DNA from: an uncultured Saprospiraceae bacterium | GTDB lineage: Bacteria > Bacteroidota > Bacteroidia > Chitinophagales > Saprospiraceae | Direction: 5' to 3' | DNA length: 28,074 nt | NCBI GenBank assembly: GCA_964640855.1 | Contig: CAZXIX010000035.1 | Coordinates: 9,309 to 37,382 of the forward strand | Position numbers and translations under genes: made by a program | Notes under the pieces: model-generated | Told to the model about the DNA's origin: nothing | The model's input: the letters and a program-made list of their open reading frames with translations, nothing else | Database searches by the model: none | Part shown: piece by piece, positions 16,665 to 25,623 of the stretch | How the letters are laid out: every line of letters starts with the position of its first letter | How positions within the stretch are numbered: the first letter of the stretch is position 1

Positions 16665-17816
16665 ATGTCCAAACTCCTGGAGCGGGAAAAAGATGTTGAG
16701 GCCATTCGGGAATTACTGGCTGTATTCCCGGTAACGGCCCTATTGGGTCCGCGTCAGGCAGGCAAGACCACTTTGGCTAAAACCTTCCAACCCGACCATA
16801 CCTTCGACCTCGAAAATCCGAGAGATCTGGCAGCCCTGGAAAATCCTCAGTTGACGCTGGAAGGGCTATCTGGACTGGTCATGATCGATGAGGTACAGCG
16901 ACGGGCAGACCTCTTTCCTCTGTTGCGTTATCTGGTTGATACACGATCGGATCTACGCTTCCTGCTCCTGGGCAGTGCATCGTCAAACCTCCGCCAGCAA
17001 AGCGGTGAATCCCTGGCCGGCAGGATCGGTTATTATTATTTATCGGGCTTCAATCTGGCCGAAACCGGATACGAAGACTTGGACAGGTTGTGGCTTCGGG
17101 GAGGCTTTCCCCGTTCTTTTTTGGCCGCTTCCGACAAGCTCAGTCGGACCTGGCGATCCAACTTCATATCCACCTTTCTGGAAAGGGATCTTGCCGTACT
17201 GGGGCAGGTCATCCCTTCTCCTACCATGTATCGATTCTGGACGATGTTGAGTCATTACCACGGACAAACGCTTAATTACAGCGAGCTGGGCAGGTCTTTT
17301 GGCATCAGCGACAGAAAGGTGAAGCAATACATTTCGCTGTTGGAGGATACCTTTATGCTGCGCCTCCTGCTTCCCTGGCGTGCCAATTTATCGAAAAGAC
17401 TGGTAAAAAGCCCCAAGCTATACATCCGGGACTCCGGCATTTTTCATTCCCTTCAATCCATAGAAAGCATGCAAGATCTTCGAACGAATCCCAAGCTGGG
17501 GGCCTCCTGGGAAGGGTTTGCTCTGGAAGAGTTGGTAACCTTTCTTCGGAAAAGAGATACCGAGGTCTTTTTCTATGCCACGCATCATGGCGTAGAACTG
17601 GATTTGTATTGGCAAGAAAGGGGCAAGGCTTACGGTGCGGAGTTCAAATATCAGGACGCACCCAGGACAACGCGGTCCATGTGGCAAGCCATTCAGGATC
17701 TGGATCTGGAACACCTATGGGTGATTTATCCTGGAAATCGGTCCTATGCCCTGGATGAAGTGATAACGGTTGTGCCTTTGCGAGAGATGGGGCAGATAGC
17801 CAACGCAAGTATGTGA
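16665..17816 (+). CDS. AAA+ ATPase of the COG1373/DUF4143 family
   Basis: Walker A GPRQAGKTTLAK near the N-terminus, Walker B VMIDEV, and a DUF4143-like C-terminal region. Confidence 0.8.
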   Translation: MSKLLEREKDVEAIRELLAVFPVTALLGPRQAGKTTLAKTFQPDHTFDLENPRDLAALENPQLTLEGLSGLVMIDEVQRRADLFPLLRYLVDTRSDLRFLLLGSASSNLRQQSGESLAGRIGYYYLSGFNLAETGYEDLDRLWLRGGFPRSFLAASDKLSRTWRSNFISTFLERDLAVLGQVIPSPTMYRFWTMLSHYHGQTLNYSELGRSFGISDRKVKQYISLLEDTFMLRLLLPWRANLSKRLVKSPKLYIRDSGIFHSLQSIESMQDLRTNPKLGASWEGFALEELVTFLRKRDTEVFFYATHHGVELDLYWQERGKAYGAEFKYQDAPRTTRSMWQAIQDLDLEHLWVIYPGNRSYALDEVITVVPLREMGQIANASM

Positions 17817-17984
17817 CTATTGCAGCCGTCTGCGTATGGACTTCCGTCCTTAAATAGGGGGTTTCTGGAAAATGTTTTTGAGGGCGAAAAGGAACTTTGC
17901 AGCCCAAAGCCTGCCGGCGAGGCAGGGATATTCTCCAGACATACCCCAAAAAGAGCCCTCTTGCCGCGGCGAATGATTTCGCCG

Positions 17985-19400
17985 CTACCGCTGCCCGTCC
18001 ATTTCAATGACCGCTTCGATCTGAGAGCTTTCCAGGTTCTTCCCTATAATGGTCCGGTCGGGATTCAGCACGTAGATCTCCGGCGTATTGTCGACGTAGT
18101 ATTTGGCGTAAATGGAAGCATTGGTGGGGTCGAAGACATTGATGAAGTCCATCTTATTTTCCTGGATAAAGGCTTTCCATTTTTCCGGATCAGTATCCAG
18201 CGCAATGGCGAAAACCTCTACTCCTTTCGGCTTCCATTCCCGGTAAAACTCGACCAGCTTAGGGGCTTCCTCCTGGCAATGGTCGCATTCGGGATTGTAC
18301 ATGAAAATTACTACGTAGGGGGCGGTGATCTCATAGATTGATTTCGTATTTCCATTCGGGTCGGTGGAGACCACATCCGGCCCTTTCTGTCCGATCAGGC
18401 TTTGTGCCATTTGGCTTGCCCTTTCCTGCAGCGCGTAAAGGGTCATGGAATCTGCCCAAAAGGCTTTGTCATAAGTGAAATATTCTTCGACCATGCGCAC
18501 GAACACCTTTTCACCGTCCATGATCGAAGTCTGCCCGGGGCGGTATTGGGAGGGTATCCAGTTGGCGAAGAATTCTACGTATCCGGATTCGGGAGGCACC
18601 TGGTCGATCAGGTAGTGGGCAGCAGCCAGGATGGAGTCGGCATTTTGAGGCGTCAGCTCGATGATGTAGTTTCGAAGCTTGTTGGCGATCACCGGGGTGC
18701 GAAGGAGGCGTTCATCCTCAAAATCCACACTTTCCCAAAAGGCTTTTTTGTAGAGGGCCAACTGCTTTTGCCGATCTACGCTACCATCCGGCAAACGTAC
18801 ATCCTCAACTTCCGGGTTCTGACCGGCCTTTTTGTATTGGGTGAAAAAGGAATCCGGATGTTTTTCAAATAGGGCCTCCAGGTCTGCCTTGCGTTCGGCG
18901 AGCAACCGATCCCGGTCCTCCAGAAGGTTGTTGTACTCGGCACTTCCCTCGGGAAGATCCCGCATTTGGAAAGTAAGTCGCTGAAGTTTTTCCTTGAAAT
19001 CCTGCTCGTAGGCCAGGTTTTGCTGGAGCAGTTCATTGTCCAGGCTACCCGTCACTTCCGCAGATCGCTGGGGGAAATCCAGACCGGTCTCGATATGAAA
19101 GGTCTGATCCTGGTCGATCAACAACTGTATGACAGGCGTACCCGGGCCTTGCAGGGTATAAAAGCCGGATTCGTAAGGTTCGTCTCGTTTCAATTGCCCT
19201 CTGCCCGCAGCATCGGTCAACGCAGAATCAACGATGAACTGCTGGGCCTGGTAAAATCCGATCAGATAAACTTGGCTGTTGCTGGCTCCCGTCAGCTGAA
19301 AAGTGATATCGGGAGACTCTTTGGGCGGCCTCTGATCCGGTAAGCCGGATTGACATCCCAGAGCCGAAAGCATGATGAAAAGAGGCAGGAAATATCGCAT
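17985..19400 (-). CDS. TlpA/ResA-like thioredoxin-fold lipoprotein (thiol-disulfide oxidoreductase) with long N-terminal domain
   Basis: Lipoprotein signal MRYFLPLFIMLSALGC. C-terminal thioredoxin motif NPECDHCQEE (CxxC) in a TlpA-like context. Confidence 0.75.
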   Translation of the reverse strand: MRYFLPLFIMLSALGCQSGLPDQRPPKESPDITFQLTGASNSQVYLIGFYQAQQFIVDSALTDAAGRGQLKRDEPYESGFYTLQGPGTPVIQLLIDQDQTFHIETGLDFPQRSAEVTGSLDNELLQQNLAYEQDFKEKLQRLTFQMRDLPEGSAEYNNLLEDRDRLLAERKADLEALFEKHPDSFFTQYKKAGQNPEVEDVRLPDGSVDRQKQLALYKKAFWESVDFEDERLLRTPVIANKLRNYIIELTPQNADSILAAAHYLIDQVPPESGYVEFFANWIPSQYRPGQTSIMDGEKVFVRMVEEYFTYDKAFWADSMTLYALQERASQMAQSLIGQKGPDVVSTDPNGNTKSIYEITAPYVVIFMYNPECDHCQEEAPKLVEFYREWKPKGVEVFAIALDTDPEKWKAFIQENKMDFINVFDPTNASIYAKYYVDNTPEIYVLNPDRTIIGKNLESSQIEAVIEMDGQR

Positions 19401-19636
19401 AAGGGATTAATGGTCGGTCAGAAATGGAAGGCTTAAAAATAGTAAGCTTTCAAAACAAATGCCCCCTTACCCTTTATTTGTAAAAGGCAAACGCAACCCA
19501 GGCGGGGCGAGCGAAAAAAATGCCCAAACTTTTCTGCCATTTTAAAATGGAAAGAGCATCTGGCAGAAGTCGTTTCCCGGCAGTTTCTTGACCTGCTTAT
19601 CTTAGCACAAACATTTATCAAAAAGGAATACTGCAA

Positions 19637-20536
19637 ATGAAACCAACCCTATTGATTCTGGCTGCCGGTTTGGGGAGTCGCTATGGAGGAGTAAAACAAA
19701 TGGATCAGGTAGGTCCATCCGGAGAAAGTATTATTGATTATTCCATCTACGATGCCATCCGCGCCGGGTTTGGTAAGGTCGTTTTTGTTCTGAACGAGCG
19801 GATCATAGATGACTTCAAAGAGATCTACGAGCCCCGTCTCGAGGGTAAGATCGATGCCGAATACGTGCTGCAGAAGCTGGATGATATTCCCGCCGGGATC
19901 GAGGTGAATCCGGAGCGGGTCAAGCCCTGGGGTACGGGCCATGCCGTGCTGGCAGCCCGCGACGTGATCAACGAACCCTTCGCCGTAATCAATGCCGATG
20001 ACTTCTACGGTAAAAGCGGATTCCAATTGGTGGGTGATTTTCTTTCCCGGTCGAAAAACGATTCCACCGATTACGCTATGGTAGGTTATGTCCTCCGCAA
20101 TACCCTTTCCGATCACGGATCGGTGAATCGCGGCGTCTCCGTTGAAAAAGATGGATTCCTCGTCGATGTGGTGGAGCGGCTCAACATCCATCGGGAAGGC
20201 GATCAGGTGGTTTTCGAAGAAGACGGGGAGCAAAAAGCCATTGATCTGGACTCCGTCGTATCCATGAACTTTTGGGGCTTTACCCCCAAATACTTCGAGC
20301 AAAGCGCTGAGGATTTTGAAAAATTCCTGAAGGAAAAGGGGCAGGAAATGAAGTCGGAGTTCTTCATCCCGCTGACCATAAACAAGCTGATCAAGGAAGG
20401 AAAAGCGACATGTAAGGTCCTTACCAGCCACGACAACTGGTTTGGCGTCACCTACCAGGAGGACAAGCCGGTGACCATTGCCAGGATCCGTGAATTGGTA
20501 GACCAGGGAGTTTATCCTGAAAATCTCTGGAGTTAA
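19637..20536 (+). CDS. Sugar-1-phosphate nucleotidyltransferase (NTP_transferase family; MurU-like candidate)
   Basis: LILAAGLGSRYGG (G-x-G-x-R nucleotide-binding loop) and KPWGTGHAV. Confidence 0.75.
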   Translation: MKPTLLILAAGLGSRYGGVKQMDQVGPSGESIIDYSIYDAIRAGFGKVVFVLNERIIDDFKEIYEPRLEGKIDAEYVLQKLDDIPAGIEVNPERVKPWGTGHAVLAARDVINEPFAVINADDFYGKSGFQLVGDFLSRSKNDSTDYAMVGYVLRNTLSDHGSVNRGVSVEKDGFLVDVVERLNIHREGDQVVFEEDGEQKAIDLDSVVSMNFWGFTPKYFEQSAEDFEKFLKEKGQEMKSEFFIPLTINKLIKEGKATCKVLTSHDNWFGVTYQEDKPVTIARIRELVDQGVYPENLWS

Positions 20537-20560
20537 GTCCGCACGCTGGAGCCGTTACCA

Positions 20561-21613
20561 TTGGATCGTCTGTTGCCGGTCTGGAATCTCCCGGCCGGAG
20601 CCATTGCGCGACCTTTCGGGCAAGGGCACATCAACGATACTTACCGGGTTGAGGTCGCTGGGAAAAGCTACATCCTCCAGCGCGTCAACGGCCGGGTCTT
20701 CGATCTGGAAAACCTCCGGACCAATTATGAGCGAATGGTCCCGGCTCTGCAGGAATACGAAGCCAGACGGGATGTTAAGCTCAGCCCGAGCATTTTACCT
20801 ACTCGCTTTAACCGTTTCCACCATGTGGATGAGGGCCAGAATACCTGGCGGCTGGTCAAATTCCAACAGGGAAGCCGTACCCATTCCATTTCCCCCGATC
20901 CGGAAACATCCTATCGGGCAGCCCGGACCGTGGGGGCTTTCCAGCTTTTTCTCAATCGGTTTTCCCCGGCGCAGTTCAAAGAAACCATTCCGGGCTTTCA
21001 TGCTTTAAACAGGCGTCTCGAAAAATTCCGGGAAACACTCCTTACCGGAGATCCGGCACGAATCGATCAGGCGAAGCCCGAGGTGGAACAAGTGCTCTCT
21101 CTTGCTCATCTGGGACCCCAGCTTAGCCAGGCGATCTTTCTGCTTCCCCATCGGGTAGTCCACGGCGATGCCAAGCTGGAGAACGTGCTTTTCGTCGGCG
21201 AAGAAAATCGGATCATTGATCTGGATACCGTCATGCCCGGCTTTACACCTTTTGACTTTGGCGACCTGGTACGCACTTGCTGCAGCCCGGTACCGGAAGA
21301 CGATCCGGATACGGAAAAGGTGAAACTTCGACGGGATCACTTTCAGGCTCTTGCCCGAGGTTATCTCGAGGCCCAAAAGCCGGAATTAACCCTCCGGGAA
21401 AAGGAGAATCTGGTGGCCGGTGCCCTCTATATCGTTTTCGAACAGGCCGTCCGTTTCCTGTCCGATTATCTGATCGGCGACCTTTACTACCCGGTCTCTT
21501 ACGACAACCACAACAGGGTTCGGGCACGCAACCAATTGGCATTACTGGAGGAGATCCTTGGCTCGCAATCCGATCTCCAGGCCCTCATGGCCGAGCCGGA
21601 TGCGACAGCCTGA
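20561..21613 (+). CDS. Aminoglycoside-phosphotransferase-family kinase (AmgK-like anomeric sugar kinase candidate); annotated start is TTG
   Basis: GQGHINDTYRV near the N-terminus, VVHGDAKLENVLF (HGDxxxxN) and IIDLD. Same reading frame as the upstream nucleotidyltransferase, separated by TAA plus 8 codons. Confidence 0.7.
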   Translation: MDRLLPVWNLPAGAIARPFGQGHINDTYRVEVAGKSYILQRVNGRVFDLENLRTNYERMVPALQEYEARRDVKLSPSILPTRFNRFHHVDEGQNTWRLVKFQQGSRTHSISPDPETSYRAARTVGAFQLFLNRFSPAQFKETIPGFHALNRRLEKFRETLLTGDPARIDQAKPEVEQVLSLAHLGPQLSQAIFLLPHRVVHGDAKLENVLFVGEENRIIDLDTVMPGFTPFDFGDLVRTCCSPVPEDDPDTEKVKLRRDHFQALARGYLEAQKPELTLREKENLVAGALYIVFEQAVRFLSDYLIGDLYYPVSYDNHNRVRARNQLALLEEILGSQSDLQALMAEPDATA

Positions 21614-22419
21614 TCACCCTGGATCTGGATATCGGACAACCTTCGGAGCAAACCCAGGTGGTGAAGGCCTGCGACGAGTATACGCTTCCGGGCGGCAGGA
21701 TAGTCGATTCCAGTGGCACCTACCGGGATACGCTAACTACGCCCCAGGGTTGCGACAGCATTGTCATCACGGAGCTGGCCATTAGTTCCAGCAGTCCGGT
21801 AACCGATGAAAGGGTAACCGAATGCAACCGCTATACCTGGCCGGCAAACGGCGTTACATACGATCAGAGCGGCATCTACACCGCTACGCTGATCAATGCG
21901 ACGGGCTGTTATTCCGTCATCCGGTTGAATCTGACCCTGACGGAATTGCTATTTGAAGTCATACCGTCGGATGGTTTTTTTACGGCAGTGATTCCGGAAG
22001 GAGGCGAGCTCCAATGGCTCGATTGCGATAACGACTTCGCTCCGGTAGCGGGAGCCACTGGGTCCACCTTTGCGCCGCCCGATTCCAGGGCCTATGCTCT
22101 GGAGGTCACTGCCGATGGATGCGTGGACACCTCAGATTGCCAAAGCCTGGTTCCGGTAGGGGTCAACGAGACCGCTTTTGAAGGCAAGCTCAGCCTGTTC
22201 CCCAATCCGACCACGGGCCGGATCACCGTGGGGCTGGGGAAGACTTACGGGGAAGTCCGCACGATCCTCCGCAACAGTTCCGGACAAAGCCTGGCCGAAA
22301 CCCGTTTCGAACGAATCGAGCAGTTCGACCTGCAGGTAGAGGGCCCGGCCGGGGTCTACACCCTGGAGATCCGGACACAAAAGGGCGAACGGGCCGTGGT
22401 CCGCCTGCTGAAAGAGTAA
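21614..22419 (+). pseudogene. 5'-truncated fragment of a T9SS-secreted repeat protein retaining the type IX secretion C-terminal sorting domain
   Basis: The ORF has no ATG after the kinase stop. Its upstream extension (21277-21613) overlaps the kinase gene and is low-complexity R/G/P. It contains repeats CDSLITLDLDI / CDSIVITELAI / GCYSVIRLNLTL and a CTD-like tail LSLFPNPTTGRITVGL...YTLEIRTQKG...VVRLLKE. Confidence 0.5.
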
Positions 22420-22455
22420 AGGAGAAGGGTACTATCGGCTCGATATCCTGCTTTA

Positions 22456-22611
22456 AGGCTTATTCAATGGCGTTTAACACCTTCCGGGCCATTTCGGCCA
22501 TGTGCCGGGGTTCGAGCCACCGGGTAACCAAAACGAGATAGTGTCCGGGATCGATCAGGATGTAATTCCCACCGAATCCGGCTGCGTAGTAGACCGAAGC
22601 CGGTATCCCTT
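22456..22611 (-). CDS. Small ORF (51 aa; MEGIPASVYYAAGFGGNYILIDPGHYLVLVTRWLEPRHMAEMARKVLNAIE), absent from the ORF track; may be a gene fragment
   Basis: Hand translation of the minus strand; non-random composition. I do not recognise a family. Confidence 0.2.
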
Positions 22612-22647
22612 CCATGTATCGGCCCCACCTCCGGCATCACACCATCG

Positions 22648-22687
22648 TGACATCGCGACATCATAAAATCATGACATCGCGACATCA
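22648..22687. promoter_or_regulatory. Operator-like array: two copies of TGACATCGCGACATCA (four GACATC hexamers, 8-bp period within each pair) ~65 bp upstream of the DUF202 gene
   Basis: Seen directly at 22648-22663 and 22672-22687. Confidence 0.45.
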
Positions 22688-22753
22688 AATCGTGTCCTGG
22701 ATCACATTTTCCTCCAACGGCTCTTCGTACCTTTACATCATCAAATTTCAATC

Positions 22754-23023
22754 ATGTCTGAGAACCAACTGATCACCAGGGATTATCTCGCCATTGAGCG
22801 TACTCGTCTGGCCAATGAACGGACTTTCCTGGCCTATTTCCGGAGTACCGTCGTATTCCTGGCCAGCGGGTTATCCATTATTCAGCTGGAGTCCTTGCGT
22901 GAGATCTACGAAATAGGCTTGGTGCTGGCTGCCATCGCGCCGGTCCTGCTGGCGGTCGGACTGGGGCGTTTCATTTATGTGAAAAGAAGCATCCGCAAGT
23001 ATTACGTCGAGAGCCAGGCCTGA
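22754..23023 (+). CDS. DUF202 (YidH-like) small inner-membrane protein
   Basis: DYLAIERTRLANERTFLAYFRSTVVFLASG followed by a second TM helix. This is the YidH/DUF202 signature as I recall it. Confidence 0.7.
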   Translation: MSENQLITRDYLAIERTRLANERTFLAYFRSTVVFLASGLSIIQLESLREIYEIGLVLAAIAPVLLAVGLGRFIYVKRSIRKYYVESQA

Positions 23024-23266
23024 CCCTTTGGGAAACGGACACCGGATCGGGCTTTTCCCGCTTTTCCCCAAGCGGTTTGCGATGCCACATCCCCAAGCGC
23101 TTTCCGGAGCGAAGCCAAAAGCGTATACATGAGCCGGTAACCTTGCCGGGGCGGGGAAAGGAGGAATTTTTATCGGGAAAAGTAATACCGGAAACAGCTA
23201 GACTTTTCATAAAACCCTACATTGAGAGGGAGTGGTTGAACCCACCAGGAACTGAAAAAATTAGCT

Positions 23267-24085
23267 ATGCTCCATATTGAGATCAAGGGGGCACACATTC
23301 CGGTATTGGGTCTGGGCACCTGGCGATTGGAAGGTACAGATGCCAAGGATCTGGTGCAAGATGCGCTTGAAGCCGGGTATCGGCATGTGGATACCGCCCA
23401 GATGTATGCCAACGAAAATGAGGTTGGGCATGCCCTGCGCGGCTCCGGTATTCCGAGAAAGGAACTGTTTGTCACCACCAAGGTCAACCTCGAAAACCTG
23501 GAACGGACCAAATTTCATAAATCCGTAGAAGAAAGTCTCCGGAGCCTTCGTCTGGAATTCGTGGACCTGCTGCTCATCCACTGGCCCCACCCGCGCATGC
23601 GCATGGAAGACTATCTCGAAGACCTGGTCATGGTGAAAGAAGAGGGTCTGACCCGGCACATCGGGATCAGCAATTTTACGACCAGCCAGATCGCCCGGGC
23701 CGTGAACTTTGCTCCCGATCTGATCAACAACCAGATCGAATACCACCCCTTCATCGATCAGCGCAAGGTCTGGAAAGCCTGCCGCCAGCACGGGCTGTCG
23801 CTTACGGCTTACAGTCCGCTGGCCAAAGGGCTGGTTTCGAAGAATGAGACCTTGAGCGAAATAGGCCGCCGATACGACAAGACCGGCGCGCAGGTCGCCT
23901 TGCGATGGCTGATCCAGCAGGACGGCGTCATCGCAATCCCCAAGACCGCTTCCCGCCAGCGCCTGCAGGAAAATCTGGAAATTTTCGACTTCAGTCTTTC
24001 CGAAGAGGAAATGCAGCAGGTTTTTGCCCTGACGGCCGCCAACAATCGCCTGATCAACCCGGATCACGCTCCAGCCTGGAATTGA
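23267..24085 (+). CDS. Aldo/keto reductase (2,5-diketo-D-gluconate reductase-like)
   Basis: IPVLGLGTWRL, DTAQMYANE, LLIHWP and IGISNF motifs of the AKR superfamily. Confidence 0.85.
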   Translation: MLHIEIKGAHIPVLGLGTWRLEGTDAKDLVQDALEAGYRHVDTAQMYANENEVGHALRGSGIPRKELFVTTKVNLENLERTKFHKSVEESLRSLRLEFVDLLLIHWPHPRMRMEDYLEDLVMVKEEGLTRHIGISNFTTSQIARAVNFAPDLINNQIEYHPFIDQRKVWKACRQHGLSLTAYSPLAKGLVSKNETLSEIGRRYDKTGAQVALRWLIQQDGVIAIPKTASRQRLQENLEIFDFSLSEEEMQQVFALTAANNRLINPDHAPAWN

Positions 24086-24242
24086 TCGGTGTTGGGACGC
24101 CGCTATGATTCCTGTCTTCGAGCCGGCTTGCCCGCTCTGGCATTCCGGGACTATGCCGTTGTAAAGTCGGCCCGCCCCGGGGAGGAGGGGCAGATATTTT
24201 CCGAATTATTTAAACAAATTGTTTTAAATTTGATTGCAAATT

Positions 24243-24275
24243 AACCACTCAACCACTCAACCACTCAACCACCTC
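24243..24275. repeat. Tandem 8-bp repeat (CCACTCAA)x3.5, 30 bp upstream of dinB; related to the YTCAAC 8-bp arrays inside the interspersed repeats
   Basis: aaccactcaaccactcaaccactcaaccacc. Confidence 0.7.
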
Positions 24276-24302
24276 CCGTCATACCAGAGAAAACGATAAT
24301 CT

Positions 24303-25445
24303 ATGTTCGAACGTGCTGTGCTCCATCTGGATCTGGACGCCTTTTTCGCTTCGGTCGAGATCCTGAAGAACAGTTCCCTGAGGGGAAAACCTTTGCTGAT
24401 CGGCGGAAGCAGCGGGCGAGGGGTGGTTTCTTCCTGCAGCTATGAGGCGCGCCGGTTTGGCATCCACTCCGCCATGCCGATGAAGATGGCCCTGCGCCTT
24501 TGCCCGGATGCCGTCGTGTTGCGAGGCGATATGGAATCCTATTCCCGTTATTCGAAAACCATCACGGAGATCATCAGCGAAGAGGCGCCCCTGTTCGAGA
24601 AAGCTTCCATTGATGAGTTTTACCTCGATCTCACGGGCATGGATCGCTACTTTGGCTGCTGGAAGTGGTCAGGCGAGCTGCGGCAGAAGATCATCCGGGA
24701 GACCGGGCTGCCGCTTTCGATCGGCCTGTCCGTCAACAAGCTCGTGTCCAAGGTTGGCGCGGGCGAGGCCAAACCCAACGGGTCGCAATTGGTGGAAGCC
24801 GGTCTGGAGAAAGCCTTCCTGGCGCCGCTGCCCGTGCGCAAGATCCCTTCCGTCGGCAAGGCCACCCATCGCAAGCTTAGCCTTATGGGCGTCCGCGACG
24901 TACGAATGCTCAGTCAGATACCGCCGCGGCTGCTGGAGCGCGAATTCGGCAAGCACGGCATCAGCCTCTGGAAAAAGGCCAACGCCATTGACGACAGTCC
25001 GGTCGTGCCCTACCACGATCGGAAGTCCATCTCTACGGAGCGGACCTTCCAGGTGGATACGACCGATGTGCGTTTCCTGCGCGACAAGCTCAGCGGCATG
25101 GTCAGCAAGCTGGCCTTCGAGTTGCGCGACAAGCAGAAGCTCACCAGCTGCGTCACGGTGAAGCTGCGCTATTCCGATTTCAACACCTTTTCCCGGCAAA
25201 GACATATTCCGTACACGGCCAGCGATGCGGTGATCCTGCGCCATGCACACGAGTTGTTCGACAAGCTCTACGAGCGCCGGCAGCTGGTGCGGCTGGTCGG
25301 GCTGCGGCTCAGCAGCCTGGTGAGCGGGAGCCCGCAGTTAGACCTCTTCGATCAGGATAAAAAAGACGAACGCTTGCTCCAGGCCATGGATCGCATCCGC
25401 AAACGCTTCGGAGCCGGAGCGGTGGGGACGGGGGCGGATGTGTAG
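24303..25445 (+). CDS. dinB: DNA polymerase IV (Y-family translesion polymerase)
   Basis: LHLDLDAFFASVE (catalytic DxD motif), SCSYEARRFG, and a little-finger region. Confidence 0.9.
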   Translation: MFERAVLHLDLDAFFASVEILKNSSLRGKPLLIGGSSGRGVVSSCSYEARRFGIHSAMPMKMALRLCPDAVVLRGDMESYSRYSKTITEIISEEAPLFEKASIDEFYLDLTGMDRYFGCWKWSGELRQKIIRETGLPLSIGLSVNKLVSKVGAGEAKPNGSQLVEAGLEKAFLAPLPVRKIPSVGKATHRKLSLMGVRDVRMLSQIPPRLLEREFGKHGISLWKKANAIDDSPVVPYHDRKSISTERTFQVDTTDVRFLRDKLSGMVSKLAFELRDKQKLTSCVTVKLRYSDFNTFSRQRHIPYTASDAVILRHAHELFDKLYERRQLVRLVGLRLSSLVSGSPQLDLFDQDKKDERLLQAMDRIRKRFGAGAVGTGADV

Positions 25446-25623
25446 ATTTTTTGATGCGGGGATTTTGTCGGGCGTCAGCCGTTTGCCGTAAACCACTTAC
25501 CGTTCATAGACAGGGATCGGGTCGACTGCCGGGCGGCGACTTCCTCTTGGCCCGTCTGAGAGCCGGAGCCGGGTTACTGTTTAAAATGAGTAGGTTGTAA
25601 CCCAAAAAAATGCTATTTTTGGG

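Noticed and set aside
19649-20431. 260-aa minus-strand ORF
   Set aside because: Antisense to the nucleotidyltransferase gene.
23261-25250. 268-aa and 193-aa minus-strand ORFs
   Set aside because: Antisense to the aldo-keto reductase and dinB genes respectively.
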